Shown piece by piece: positions 44,417 through 57,878 of a stretch of DNA of 64,000 nt. The notes beneath the pieces were generated by a model. It was given only the letters and a program-made list of their open reading frames with translations. It searched no databases and had not been told where the DNA came from. The position numbers and the translations under genes were made by a program. How positions within the stretch are numbered: the stretch's first letter is position 1; the number at the start of each line of letters is the position of its first letter. The DNA comes from Macrostomum lignano (Eukaryota), in NCBI GenBank assembly GCA_002269645.1, contig NIVC01001154.1:62001-126000 (forward strand). The letters run 5' to 3'.

Positions 44417-47403
44417 TCAAGCAGCAGCGCCTTTATCATAATCGTCGCCATCAACGGGCAAGTAGTTGCCACCGTCTTCAGCCTCGTGCGGCCGCTCGTC
44501 CATCGGAATCGCGTCCGGATCGTTGGCATCCTCAACGGACAGCACCTGACGGCTGAGCAGCCGAGGCGCCAGCAGGGAGATGAGCAGTGCGCCAAGCGGC
44601 GCGGTTAAAACAATGGCTAGCACAGACACCGTTAGTATCTGGGCGCCCATGGCCTGCGCCTCGGGCCCGGCGCCGGTTCTGTAAAAGCAAATATCTAACT
44701 GGTTTGGTTGGGCGTTACTAACCCTCTCCGGGTTTTTGTTGGGCGCTACTAACCCTCTCCTGGTCTTTGTTGGGCGCTACTAACCCTCTCCTGGTCTTTG
44801 TTGGGCGCTACTAACCCTCTCCTGCTGGTCTTTGTTGGGCGCTACTAACCCTCTCCTGGTCTTTGTTGGGCGCTACTAACCCTCTCCTGGTCTTTGTTGG
44901 GCGCTACTAACCCTCTCCTGGTCTTTGTTGGGCGCTACTAATCCTCTCCTGGTCTTTGCTGGGCGCTACTAACCCTCTCCGGTCTTTGTCGGGCGTTACT
45001 AACCCTCTCCTGGTCTTTGTTGGGCGCTGCTAATCCTCTCCCGGTCTTTGTTGGATGCTATTGTACTAACCCTCCCCGGGTCTTTGTTGGGCGCAGCGCT
45101 CTTATGTTCCAGCCAGCGGCCCAGACTCGATTCCAAGTGCAGTCACATTCATTTTGGGGCTAAATTGGAATCTCGGCCTGGCTCTGCTCGTGCAATTAAC
45201 GGCCTTAAGGGCCAACCCCCAAGGCACAGTGAAGTGTGCATGCCTAACGATAAATAAAGTCAGGGCCGCTGTGCACTCCTGTGTGAGTGTGTGCCTGTGC
45301 GTATGACTGCGTACGTATCTGCGCGCTTGTGTGCCTGCTCAGGGGAGTCGGCAGAATGGGCAGCAATGCCTCTCGCCGGTTGTGTGACAATGTCGCTTTA
45401 AAGTGCGCTAGGATGCACACAGCCCCCCTGCTTCTAATAAAAAAATCAACCCTCCCTTGGCGTTTGTGTCGCCTCCTGCCCTCGACCAGCTCCATACGCA
45501 CCTGTAGGCGGTATCCAACACGGCAGGCCCAATAGCAGCCTGCACCGTGGCTTTGGGCAACCAGGCGAATGGGATGAAGAATCGCTCGCGCACGGTGAAA
45601 CCGGCCCCGGTCACCGCGATAAACGAGGCAACCATGCGGAGCAGCAGCCCGATGCCCAGAGCGGCCAAGCTGAGCCCGATTGCGTCTGCCTGCAGGCTGC
45701 CAACGTCAACTTCGACGCCGATCAGACCGAATAACATTGGCTGGGCGATCCACCAGCAGACGTCCACCTAGTGACAAGAATTAAAGTGCACAGTGATTGT
45801 TTCTGGAGAGGAAAAGCTCAAAGAGGGGTAGCGGAGTCCCATCAAATGACCTGGGAGGATCAGGTAGCGGTGCGGAGTCCCATCAAATGACCTGGGAGGA
45901 TCAGGTAGCGGTGCGGAGTCCCATCAAATGACCTGGGAGGATCAGGTAGCGGTGCGGAGTCCCATCAAATGACCTGGGAGGATCAGGTAGCAGTGCGGAG
46001 TCCCATCAAATGATCTGGGAGGATCAGGTAGCGGTGCGGAGTCCCATCAAATGATCTGGGAGGATCAGGTAGCGGTGCGGAGTCCCATCAAATGATCTGG
46101 GAGGATCAGGTAGCGGTGCGGAGTCAAATCGAATGATCTGGGAGGATCAGGTAGCGGTGCGGAGTCAAATCGAAGCGACGCAGCAACCAGCCTAAGGTCC
46201 TTCAAGGGTATTTTTGCAACGCACCGGTGCTAGCAGCGGGTTTTTATCGTCAGTCCAACCGTCGCGAGATCGCCAGCCGATGGCGGCCACAAAAGCGGCA
46301 GTCAGGCAGGCCAGAGCGCCGGCGCCGGGCAGTTTGAGCACAACGGAGCCAAGCAGGGGTGCGAGGCCGCAGGCCACCAGAAAGCAGAATCGATAGAACA
46401 CGAAGCGGCGATGACCGGCCGGCGGCAGGAACCAAAGCAGCAGGCCCAGGACGATGCCAACAACAACGCCTAGTAGAGCTTCGAGCGGTCCGCGGGCGAT
46501 GGTCAGGGCGAGGCTCTCGCCGCTGCCAAACACGATGCTGAGCAGGACGCCGAATCCGGTGATTGCCAGCACATCGTCGACGCTAGCGGCAGCAATCACC
46601 AGCGTTGGAATTCCCTTAGCAACTCCGTAGCCCTCCGAACCGATAGCCAGCATAGATGGCACAACAACGGCGGGAGACACGGCTGCCAGTACGAAGCCTA
46701 ACAGGAATCCCCAAGCCCACGGCAGTTTGAGCAGCAGGTGAGACACGATCCCAATAGTGACAGCTTCGGTTAGGCAGGGCGCGAATGCCAACAGGCCGAC
46801 GTGCAGCGACAGGGCGCGGAGCCGCTTCGGGTCGAGGCCCAGGCCGGCTCGCAGCAGGATGATGCACAGAGCCACGCTGCGCAGAGTTGACGACAGAGTC
46901 TTGTCGATGGCCAGAGCGAAATCGGACAGGAACGGGACGCTGCGCAGGAAACAGCCGGCCAGCAGCATGCCCAGCAGTTTTGGACAGCGGGGAATCAGGC
47001 CAAACAGTTCGCCCGTTAGCATTGACAGCGTGAACACCAGGTAGAGGCCGAACAGGCCGCCAGTGCACTTCTGCTTAATAGTAGATGGCCTGATCGAGTC
47101 AGTTTGATTTGCTGATGATATTGTCGAGTTGCTACTGTTAGTAGAGTCTGGCAGTTGCACAGTTATGCAGGTGCCAGGCACAGACAGTTCGGGAAACAGA
47201 GACCAGAGTGCGGCATACAGGAGCAACACAGCAGCTAGGCCAGCTAAGAGTCTGCCTGTGCGACCATGTGGCGGGCACAGCAGGTCGTGGCGCAGTCTCT
47301 GGGCTGTGCTAGGGTTATCTGGCAGCCTGTGTCTCTCTACTAGACACCATTTGTAGCATGTTCTATTGCAGCATTGTGCGCAAGCATATGATGGGTCAGC
47401 CAT
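44417..47403 (-). CDS. SLC9B2: SLC9B/NHA-family Na+/H+ antiporter, ~568 aa; exons 47403-46225, 45767-45502, 44678-44417
   Basis: CPPHG, IILLRAGLGLDP, AAVSPAVVVP, AAASVDDVLAITGF (paired Asp), AWLPKATVQAAIGP, LTAPLGA motifs; GT/AG junctions in matching phases; B1 vs B2 cannot be distinguished. Confidence 0.92.
44700..45090. repeat. 31-bp minisatellite (GGTCTTTGTTGGGCGCTACTAACCCTCTCCT) in NHA intron 2
   Basis: Tandem units visible directly. Confidence 0.93.
45091..45445 (+). mobile_element. 5'-truncated copy of the tRNA-derived SINE
   Basis: Collinear with 55980-56320, ending CTAATAAAAAAA. Confidence 0.88.
45832..46172. repeat. 41-bp minisatellite (GCGGAGTCCCATCAAATGACCTGGGAGGATCAGGTAGCGGT), ~8 copies, in NHA intron 1
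   Basis: Head-to-tail units with no spacers. Confidence 0.95.
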
Positions 47404-48896
47404 CTCTGTGACTGAACCATTAGGTGACTGTTTGGCTGTCTGGAATGCAAGATTATTTAATACTAAAGCAAACTTTTAAACTAAGAAGGCCTAGCCATGT
47501 ACTTAGCTATAATATTCAAAAGATTAACATATTTAATAAAGCCTCATATTTTATATTAAATGCTTTTTTCCTAGATTTAGATACTTAGCTAATATGTACT
47601 TACTTGGCCTAGAAACTTTATTATAATTATTAGTATTATTGTTATTTATTATTGTCTAAACTATCAATATTATACATTAGATTGGTATATATAACCTAAG
47701 CTATATATTTGTATTGTGCCAATATGGGAATATTGTATAATATGTATAGTAAAATTCTTACTATTAAAATTAGTAGAAAGGCTCGAAAGTAAGCTTAAAA
47801 ATGATAATATTAATGAAGAAAAGAATTAATTTTTAATGGGTTCTTAATAGTATTTTATTATAGCTACAACTAAAAACCTATACTTATAAACTTATTTTGG
47901 CTTATTAGTGACAGAAATATGCAACCATACTGAATAGATTATAGGACAAAAACAAAACAGCCAAGATGCATGAAAAAGAAAATTTTACATTTTTCATATC
48001 ATTATAAATAAAAACCTAGCTACTAACTAAGCAAGCAAGCAAGCACGCAAGCAAATTATATTTGTCAAAAATATAAAATTTCGCTAATGTTAAAACCGTG
48101 CGATTGCAGATTCGTGGGCATCACGAAAAAAAATTCTTCCAGAAAATCTCACAATGTAGATTTACGATAGTGACCTACGTTATTTCTATATCAATATTTT
48201 TATAACTTAGCATAACTGAACTTAATATATACTATGTATTTATTTTAAATTTTAGCTAAACGTCTTAAACTTAGTAACATTTGACTTGCACTGAGCCACG
48301 ATCATGGATGCTGATCGAGCTGAGCTACATTTAATTACTTGTAGATATTCACATGTAGCTATAGCTACTCAGAGTTTCTAATATCTGGAGAACGTACATT
48401 TTCATATAGCTACTTATCTTCAATCCAACTTCTAAGCCACAGGTAATCAAAACGTAGAATTTTTAGTCAGGCTTTCAGCATAAAAGCGGTGCCAAATAAA
48501 CTACATTTATGATGATACTATGTATGAAAGTCTACTCTTCTACACCAAAGGCCCATTAAGATATGCTGCAATCAAATTCAGGAGCACAAGATTTTCTCAC
48601 AGGCGCAGGTTTCCAGCCCGTGTGCCCGCACACACAAGGACATACTAGAATAGTACCATACATTATACTCGTACTTATCTGTGCACACGGAGGTTTTGCT
48701 GTCAATATTTGGTAGTTTGCACACAAGGGATTCGAAAATTTAGGCCCATAAAAGAATCGCCATGTCAACCATGGTTGTCATATATGGTTGTCATATATAT
48801 CAACCATAAAAATAATCATGGGGGAATTATTACTAAGATGTCAAGCTCATAGGGAAATTGCTGAGCTGAGGTGTCAAAGACAAAGATAATATAGAG

Positions 48897-49330
48897 CAGG
48901 GGTCAGCAAACTCGGGCCTGCGGGCCACATGCGGCCCGTGAAGTCTCTCTATCCGGCCCTCGATCGGGTCCTTTGAAATTTCACAATAGCAATATCGGCC
49001 CGCTCGAGTTTTGTGTCTCTTCTCAGCTCCCTTGTCGAATCTCTCCTATTACGTCTCGCTTCTCTCTCTTTACCCAGCTCTCCTCTCCTCTCTACTTCCC
49101 TCCTCTTCTCTTCTTACTCTTCTCTCCTATTCTCTCCTCTTCTCCCCTTCTTATTCTCTCCTCAGCTCTCTCCTATACTAGCTCTCCTCTTCTCTTCTCC
49201 TCTCTTCTATTCGTCTCCTCTCTCCTCTCTGTTCTGCTCTCCTCTCCTCTCTTCTTTTATTCCCTTCCCTTTATTTCCCCTCCTCTTGCCCGCAGTCATG
49301 TGCTACATGTAGATTGTCTGCTGACCCCTG
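48897..49330 (+). mobile_element. hAT (Charlie-like) MITE, 434 bp, CT-rich interior
   Basis: TIRs CAGGGGTCAGCAAAC / GTCTGCTGACCCCTG; flanks ATATAGAG and ATATTAGAG resemble an 8-bp TSD with one inserted base; GGGCC subterminal motifs. Confidence 0.85.
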
Positions 49331-50655
49331 ATATTAGAGGGAACTGTTGAGATGTGAAGATTCTGTGGAGACAATGAATGACCACCAAGAAGTTTCTGTT
49401 GTACACAGATATTAAAAACACAGTATCTATTTGTTGTATGTTTATTATCTATCTATACTGTTGTATCAGGACGACGTAGCTTGCTCAAATATTGCAAAAT
49501 TATTTCAAGGCCGCTTGTTAGCATTACAGCTAAACTTTAAATGCTCATATGTATATAGCTAACTCATATATATATACTGCTCATACAATTCATGCTCATT
49601 GGTCTCAAATGTTTTAGAATAATGTGTTGCGGGGGTGTGCCCCTCTGACGATGACTATGATCGTTGATGTTGCTGTTGAATCAAATAAGTCGGAGGTTCG
49701 ATTTGTTTCTCTCGATCTCTAACCTTCAACAAGATGTTTATTACTAATCAATGTTAGTAGCAATTCCTAATAGGATATTGATCACGCAATTACGCAAATT
49801 TGTTAAGCAATTCAGTGAAAATGGAGCCACAGGCTACTTATCGATATTGTTGCACGAATTGACGTTTGTCCGGATTTATCTCTGTTAAATCGGGATATTA
49901 GAGTTCAGGCCCGATTGTTGGGGCAAGCTAGCGGAGCAGTTGAGGAGGCAAAGAGGCGGAGAGCCGAGAACCGGGAAAAACTGGAGAGAGGCTTCATTCT
50001 CACTGAACGCTAGTATATATATGATTTCTATAACGCATTTCATTGGTGTTCGCTTCACGCAATAGGATCTTTACTGGCGCACAAGCATGTGCTGTACTTT
50101 CCTGATAGAAAAACCTTCTGAAGTTCGCATTAGACTAAAAAATAACATTGGGCATAACATGCTTAAATTAAGATCACTTCAGGTCCTTGGCGACTGCTGA
50201 GTTGCAAAGCGTGAGTTGGGAGTTGTTAAATGGTAAGGCTAAGCATCAAAGAAAAAGTTACGGTTAAGCCATGGATCAAAGGGAGCCAAAGCTCAAATTA
50301 GGGGATGCTGCAATCGTAGACTTATATATGTAGACTGCAGCTGCAGCTTTCAGGGATTCTTCTTGCTTTAAAATCATTTTCAGACAACAATACATAGTGA
50401 CTGTACATGTACAAGTTGAAAAGCTGCATGTAGTTTTATTCAAAAAAGTTACTAATTTTGTCTTGCTTTCCCAACAGAAGCGCAGATTGTTTTAGTCACA
50501 TTCTCATTTTATGATTCTCTCGAGCAGGGGGTAGAAAAAATAAAAGCGGTCCATGGATTCAGGGGCGTTAAAAAGGCACCTGCAAAACCATCGTAGGAAA
50601 ACTTCGCTGCGGGACGAGATTGGGACGAGAGTGAGATGGGGAACGGATGGGGAAA

Positions 50656-50857
50656 TGTCTGTCTTTGAAATCTAGATGTCTTTCTTTGAAATCTAGATGT
50701 CTGTCTTTGAAATCTAGATGTCTGTCTTTGAAATCTAGATGTCTGTCTTTGAAATCTAGATGTCTGTCTTTGAAATCTAGATGTCTGTCTTTGAAATCTA
50801 GATGTCTCTCTTTGAAATCTAGATGTCTGTCTTTGAAATCTAGATGTCTTTCTTTGA
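50656..50857. repeat. 21-bp minisatellite (TGTCTGTCTTTGAAATCTAGA), ~9.5 copies
   Basis: Tandem units visible directly. Confidence 0.95.
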
Positions 50858-51937
50858 AGTCAGGCTTTCTGTTCAGTCTTGATTTTCTGCAATTTAATGG
50901 AGATATTATTGATCATATTGATTTTTTGCAGCTTGACGGAGATTATATTGATAGATTTTTGTTTATCAAAAGGGATTTTGATGAATTTCAGCCTCACGAA
51001 GAGAATTTGATGGAGTTCTATCTCACGGAGAGGATTTTGATGCATTTGGATGATGGGATTAGGGTCATGGGATTCAACTGATTGATTTCAGGGAATGAAA
51101 TTCTGGAGATGGGAGTTCTTTCCCTTTTTGGATTTTGAAGGGTCTCTGTTTCACGGAGAGGATTTTGTTACGGAGAGGATTTTGATGGATTTCGGTTTCA
51201 CGGGAGGATTTTGACGGGTTTCTGTTTCACAGAGAGGATTTTGGTGGATTTGGAGAGGACTTGGTTAATGGGATTCCGGTCATGGGATTGCAGCCGTAGA
51301 CACATAATTACGCTATAATTGACACAATAGAAATGAATCGGCCTTCAAGCTTTTTCTGCATAATCTGAGGCGTTTCCCATCCCCCTTTCTAGTTGTCCTT
51401 GTTCCTCACTTATCAAAAAACTTGTATTCGTGGAGGCTTTTCGTAGGTCACTGATTGCCGCAGTGATTTCTGACATTAGAGTGACGGTTAGGTCATTAGC
51501 AGTGTGAACAAACTGCTCATAAAACTTATCATTTCAATCTTCTGATTTTCAATTCAGTGTTTATATGTTATATGTTTATATTAAAAAGTATGTGGTGAGA
51601 GCGCTCTTGTCTGCAATTGACCAAACCTGAAAAATTTACTGACATTTTAATAAAAATTTTAAGTAAAATTCCTTTTTTCCTTGTTGATCATAACGAACTG
51701 ATAACTTATTTTACTTTGAAGTTTTTACCCAGAAGAAGAATATAGTAAGAGGGAGTAATGACCGCTTTATAAAATCGTTTCAATCGATCCTGTCATAAAG
51801 TTAGAAAAAGGAGAATCAAGTTACAGTTCCTGGATAAATTATTGACGTTATTATTGAGCTATTATAGAGCCTCTTCTATTGCCGATGTGCAGGGGGTGAT
51901 TCTATTGGACACAGTCGACCCGCTGCCTACATGCTTG

Positions 51938-52040
51938 CCAGTGTGTTGATGTGACCGCACCGCTGAGCACAGGCTAGCCAGTGTGTTGATGTGACCGCAC
52001 CGCTGAGCACAGGCTAGCCAGTGTGTTGATGTGACCGCAT
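51938..52040. repeat. 40-bp tandem repeat, ~2.5 copies
   Basis: CCAGTGTGTTGATGTGACCGCACCGCTGAGCACAGGCTAG repeated. Confidence 0.9.
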
Positions 52041-52752
52041 CGTAAAATCGAACTTTTGAGCTGTGGCTGAAATTCAATTGAAGCTCCAGATTCCGCAGAA
52101 TTCCCCCATAATCCTCTTGTCATCCCAATAACATCTTCCCTAGGCTGCACTGCCGAGTTCGCTGATCCACAGTGATTTTTAAATTATTTTAATAAAAGAT
52201 GCAAAAAAGAATGAATTTAATTGACAGGCAAATTAATAAGCGCCTTGTTGTGTGTTTTTTGCCTGAGAAAGAAAAAATGATTATTGAATACACATGTAGC
52301 AGAATTCAGGCAACAAAGAAAACAGTCTGGTTAGAATGCTGTACAAGCGAAAAAAAACCAAATGGATTTTGACGAGACCCTAGAATGGAGGCTGTACTTC
52401 AGACAGCGAGGAGTTCAAAGTAAAATACAACAGGGTCATGAGAAGGTCAACACAAGAATTTCCTCTTTTGGCATGGAAGAACGGTTCATTGATAGACTTA
52501 TTTGCAGAGTTTTGCAAACAGGTTTTGTTCCGCTCGAGTTTTTGTTCTTTTCGTTTAAAAATACTTTGGAGAAAAAACAGACTTGCACGCTCAACTCCTA
52601 TTTGTCCTTTGATAAGGAGAACAATTCTTCTGATTGTTAAACGACCAAAGTTTAGCTTTTACACTGTCTGCAAAACAGGCCCGAATAAAAAGTTCTTGCA
52701 TTCGAGCATCCATGCTTTTAGTTAAGCCTGCCTGACAGTTCTATGCAGAGCC

Positions 52753-54171
52753 TCATCTGGCCCGGTCCTCAGCCTCGCTGGACACCGCAGCGCCGCGGCC
52801 AGAAATTCGGTTGAACAGGCGAACAACGCCGTTCTGCTTCAGCCGAACCTGCAGCGGTTGGCGACGGCTTACCGACGGCGGACGCCGAGACGACGGAGGA
52901 TTGGAGGACGCGGAAGACCGGTTGGTCGACTTTCCAGCGCTGCCGCCGTTCCGCTCCGGGCTCGCTTCTGGCGTCGGCATCGGTGTCGGGGCCAGCTCCG
53001 GCTCGATGGTCGAGTGCTCCAGGCGGGCTGTCGAAGTTAGCGCAGTTTTTGTCCGCTGCTCAATGTTGCTGCTATCAGCTCTATCCGTCTCTGACGGCCA
53101 GCAGCCTACAGCTGACGAACTGCCGTTGACGATTTCCACGCCTTTGCCGCCACCGCCGCCGCTGCCGCCAGTCTCCAACGGTTGGAAAAGACTGTCGACT
53201 TCCCGACAGAGGTTGGCCAGCAGCTTCTCAATGTCGGGCGGAGGGGCGGAAGTTTCGGTGCCAGCAGCAGCAGGAGCGGCGTCGGCAGCGGTGGCGGCTG
53301 TGGCTGCGGCGGCCTGCTGTTGCTGGCGCCGCTGCGACGATGTCCGCGGCGGCGGCGCCAGCGGTGGCTCGACGCGCATTCCGTCGCCTTCACCGGCGGC
53401 GCTTCGCATCAGGCCGGCAACGTCTTCGGAGGCGGCCACCATGTCGGAGAGGTCGGGCACGTCCGACAGGCTGGTGGCATCGCCGCAGGTGCCGCGGTCC
53501 TCTGGGCTGGCAGCCCTGGCTCCGCTGTCAGCCTGATCGGCTCCGTACTCCAAGCTGGCGGCCAGGCTGACGTTCTCACTGTAGGTGCCGGCGTCGGTGG
53601 CAGCCGAAGATGCGGCTGCGGGAACTGCTCCTGTCGCCGACTTCTTCGGCTTGCGCTGGACTCGGGTGTAGGTCACAAAGCAGCTGTTAGTGTTGCTCAT
53701 GTTGCTTTTGTTTTTGTTTTTGCCCTTCTTCGGCGGTACGGTTGGCGTCTTGCCAACCTTGAATCGGAGCTGCATCTGCGGAATGCCGGCCACAATTTGC
53801 AGCATCTCCTTGTCGAGGAACATCCAGGCCTCTTTGCGCGAGTTGAACTCTTGAATGATGCCGAATTTGATGTCCTCGAATTTCTGCGCCAGATAGGGAT
53901 TAAGCGGGAAATTGCTGTTGTTGGGCGAGAACGGCGGAAAGTCCGACCGGATGAAGTCGACAAGGCCCTTGGTGTGCAGCAGCAGCGTGGTGAGCACGCC
54001 GACCAGCTTGTTCATGTACAGGATGCAGGCCGTCTTGCGGTTCTCCAGCTGTTTGTGCTCCTCTAGGTGGGCGAATTTCTTCACGCCGGACTTGATTTTC
54101 TCCACAATCCGGTCAACTTTGCCCTGCGGGTTGATTGGTTTCAACGATGAATTATCGTTTGCCATAGACAT
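52753..54171 (-). CDS. Unknown protein, ~470 aa: helical N-terminal domain plus long low-complexity tail
   Basis: Long GC-rich open frame in AT-rich flanks; first ATG at 54171 (track starts at TTG 54189); no recognised motif. Confidence 0.7.
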   Translation of the reverse strand: MSMANDNSSLKPINPQGKVDRIVEKIKSGVKKFAHLEEHKQLENRKTACILYMNKLVGVLTTLLLHTKGLVDFIRSDFPPFSPNNSNFPLNPYLAQKFEDIKFGIIQEFNSRKEAWMFLDKEMLQIVAGIPQMQLRFKVGKTPTVPPKKGKNKNKSNMSNTNSCFVTYTRVQRKPKKSATGAVPAAASSAATDAGTYSENVSLAASLEYGADQADSGARAASPEDRGTCGDATSLSDVPDLSDMVAASEDVAGLMRSAAGEGDGMRVEPPLAPPPRTSSQRRQQQQAAAATAATAADAAPAAAGTETSAPPPDIEKLLANLCREVDSLFQPLETGGSGGGGGKGVEIVNGSSSAVGCWPSETDRADSSNIEQRTKTALTSTARLEHSTIEPELAPTPMPTPEASPERNGGSAGKSTNRSSASSNPPSSRRPPSVSRRQPLQVRLKQNGVVRLFNRISGRGAAVSSEAEDRAR

Positions 54172-54257
54172 AAAATTAGCAGTTGGCAAGTTTTTGGGTG
54201 AATGTATCTAGCTTGGGTCCATGAAATTCAACTTCAATTTGAAAAATGTCCACAAAT

Positions 54258-54912
<655 letters not shown>

Positions 54913-55188
54913 GCTATGCCTGCTTAATGAAGAATGCACAAGACTTTACCTGTTCCCGCTGTATTAAATTCAACATCAGTGCCGCCGTGTTGCGCGCGTC
55001 TCTGGCTAGCGAGCTGCCGGGTTCGGGTTTCGAAGATTGCAGGTAAAAGCCACGGCGCAGCAGCACACAGAATGCCTCCATGCACACCTGATAGCAGTTT
55101 AATAAATATAGAAATCACAGTAAAGTAAACAGATAAACCTTGGTTTTACTAGAGATGAAAACACTATTAGATTTGCTCAAGTGAGGCA

Positions 55189-57665
55189 CTGTTAGACACC
55201 GATAGCCTAGTATTTCTAATGTCCCTGTTGGACACGGATAGACTGTCCCTGTTAGACACGGATAGACTGTCCCTGTTAGACAGGGATAGACTGTCCCTGT
55301 TAGACACGGATAGACTGTCCCTGTTAGACACGGATAGACTGTCCCTGTTAGACAGGGATAGACTGTCCCTGTTAGACACGGATAGACTGTCCCTGTTAGA
55401 CAGGGATAGACTGTCCCTGTTACACACGGATAAATTTGGTGTTCCTGTTAGACACGGATAGACTGTCCCTGTTAGACACGGATAGACTGTCCCTGTTAGA
55501 CACGGATAGACTGTCCCTATTAGACAGGGATAGACTGTCCCTGTTACACACGGATAAATTTGGTGTTCCTGTTAGACACGGATAGACTGTCCCTGTTAGA
55601 CACGGATAGACTGTCCCTGTTAGACAGGGATAGACTGTCCCTGTTACACACGGATAAATTTGGTGTTCCTGTTAGACACGGATAGACTGTCCCTGTTAAA
55701 CACGGATAGACTGTCCCTGTTACACACGGATAAATTTGGTGTTCCTGTTAGACACGGATAGACTGTCCCTGTTAGACACGGATAGACTGTCCCTGTTAGA
55801 CACGGATAGACTATCCCTGTTACACACGGATAAATTTGGTGTTCCTGTTAGACACGGATATACTGCCCCTGTTAAACACGGATAGACTGTCCCTGTTAGA
55901 CACGAATAGACTGTCTCTGTTAGACTCGAATAGACTGTCCCTGTTAGACACGGATAGAGGGGGGCCGTAGCCCAGCGGTAGCGCAGCTGCTCTGATGTGC
56001 CAGCGACCCAGGCTCGATTCCAAGTGCAGTCACATTAATTTGGGGTTGAATTGGAATCTCGGCTTGGCTCTGCTCGTGCAATTAACGGCCTTGAGAGCCA
56101 ACCCCCCAAGGCGCAGTGAAGTGTACATGCCTAACGATAATATAAAGTTAGGGCCGCTGTACACTCCTGTGTGAGTGTGTGCCTGCGTACGTATCCGCGC
56201 GCTTGTATGCCTGCTCAGGGGAGTCGGCGGAATGGGCAGTAATGCCTCTCACCGGTTGTGTGACAATGTCGCTTAAAGTGCGCCAGGGTGCACACAACCC
56301 CCCTGCCTCTAATAAAAAAATAGACACGGATAGACTGTCCCTGTTAAACACAGATAGACTGTCCCTGTTAGACACGGATAGACTGTCCCTGTTAGACACG
56401 GATAGACTGTCCCTGTTGGACACGGATAGACTGTCCCAGTTAGACACGGATAGACTGTCCCTGTTAAACACAGATAGACTGTCCCTGTTAGACACGGATA
56501 GACTGTCCCTGTTAGACACGGATAGACTGTCCCTGTTGGACACGGATAGACTGTCCCAGTTAGACACGGATAGACTGTCCCTGTTAGACAGGGATAGACT
56601 GTCCCTGTTAGACAGGGATAGACTGTCCCTGTTAGACAGGGATAGACTGTCCCTGTTAGACAGGGATAGACTGTCCCTGTTAGACAGGGATAGACTGTCC
56701 CTGTTAGACACGGATAGACTGTCCCTGTTAGACACGGATAGACTGTCCCTGTTAGACAGGGATAGACTGTCCCTGTTAGACAGGGATAGACTGTCCCTGT
56801 TAGACAGGATAGACTGTCCCTGTTAGACACGGATAGACTGTCCCTGTTAGACAGGGATAGACTGTCCCTGTTAGACACGGATAGAATGTCCCTGTTAGAC
56901 ACGGATAGACTGTCCCTGTTAGACACGGATAGACTGTCCCTGTTAGACACGGATAGACTGTCCCTGTTAGACACGGATAGACTGTCCCTGTTAGACACGG
57001 ATAGACTGTCCCTGTTAGACACGGATAGACTGTCCCTGTTAGACACGGATAGACTGTCCCTGTTAGACACGGATAGACTGTCCCTGTTAGACACAGATAG
57101 ACTGTCCCTGTTAGACACAGATAGACTGTCCCTGTTAGACACGGATAGACTGTCCCTGTTAGACACGGATAGACTGTCCTGTTAGACACAGATAGACTGT
57201 CCCTGTTAGACACGGATAGACTGCCCCTGTTAGACACGGATAGAATGTCCCTGTTAGACACGGATAGAATGTCCCTGTTAGACACGGATAGACTGTCCCT
57301 GTTAGACAGGGATAGACTGTCCCTGTTAGACAGGGATAGACTGTCCCTGTTAGACAGGGATAGACTGTCCCTGTTAGACACGGATAGACTGTCCCTGTTA
57401 GACACGGATAGACTGTCCCTGTTAGACACGGATAGACTGTCCCTGTTAGACACGGATAGACTGTCCCTGTTAGACACGGATAGACTGTCCCTGTTAGACA
57501 CGGATAGACTGTCCCTGTTAGACACGGATAGACTGTCCCTGTTAGACACGGATAGACTGTCCCTGTTAGACACGGATAGACTGTCCCTGTTAGACACGGA
57601 TAGACTGTCCCTGTTAGACACGGATAGACTGTCCCTGTTAGACACGGATAGACTGTCCCTGTTAT
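55189..57665. repeat. 24-bp minisatellite (GACACGGATAGACTGTCCCTGTTA) interrupted by a SINE
   Basis: Tandem units visible; the SLLDTDRL, SNRDSLSV and CLTGTVYP ORFs are repeat translations. Confidence 0.97.
55959..56320 (+). mobile_element. Full-length tRNA-derived SINE (362 bp)
   Basis: A-box TAGCCCAGCGG and B-box-like GGCTCGATTCC in the head; A-rich tail; 14-bp TSD TAGACACGGATAGA at 55945-55958 and 56321-56334; second copy at 45091. Confidence 0.9.
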
Positions 57666-57878
57666 AGACACGGTCAGACACAGACACAGACACAGCAGAG
57701 AACCTGATGTTCTTGTTGCTAGACGCTGATATCTCTGTACTATAGAAAAGTAATACAAATCGCCTGGCCCTAATTCTTAACGTGAAATTGGCCTAATGCA
57801 CTTGTATATTCGCAATACTTAGCGACAGAATGATACAAGATACGAGCTATACGCATATTTGAATAGGAAGAGTTTTAG

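Noticed and set aside
45832-46172. CRISPR-like appearance of the 41-bp repeat (also the 24-, 30- and 31-bp arrays)
   Set aside because: Units are head-to-tail with no unique spacers, lie in eukaryotic introns, and there are no cas genes
56225-56250. Second HDV-like ribozyme suggested by GGCGGAATGGGC in the SINE
   Set aside because: No matching P2 5' strand or P3/L3 module upstream
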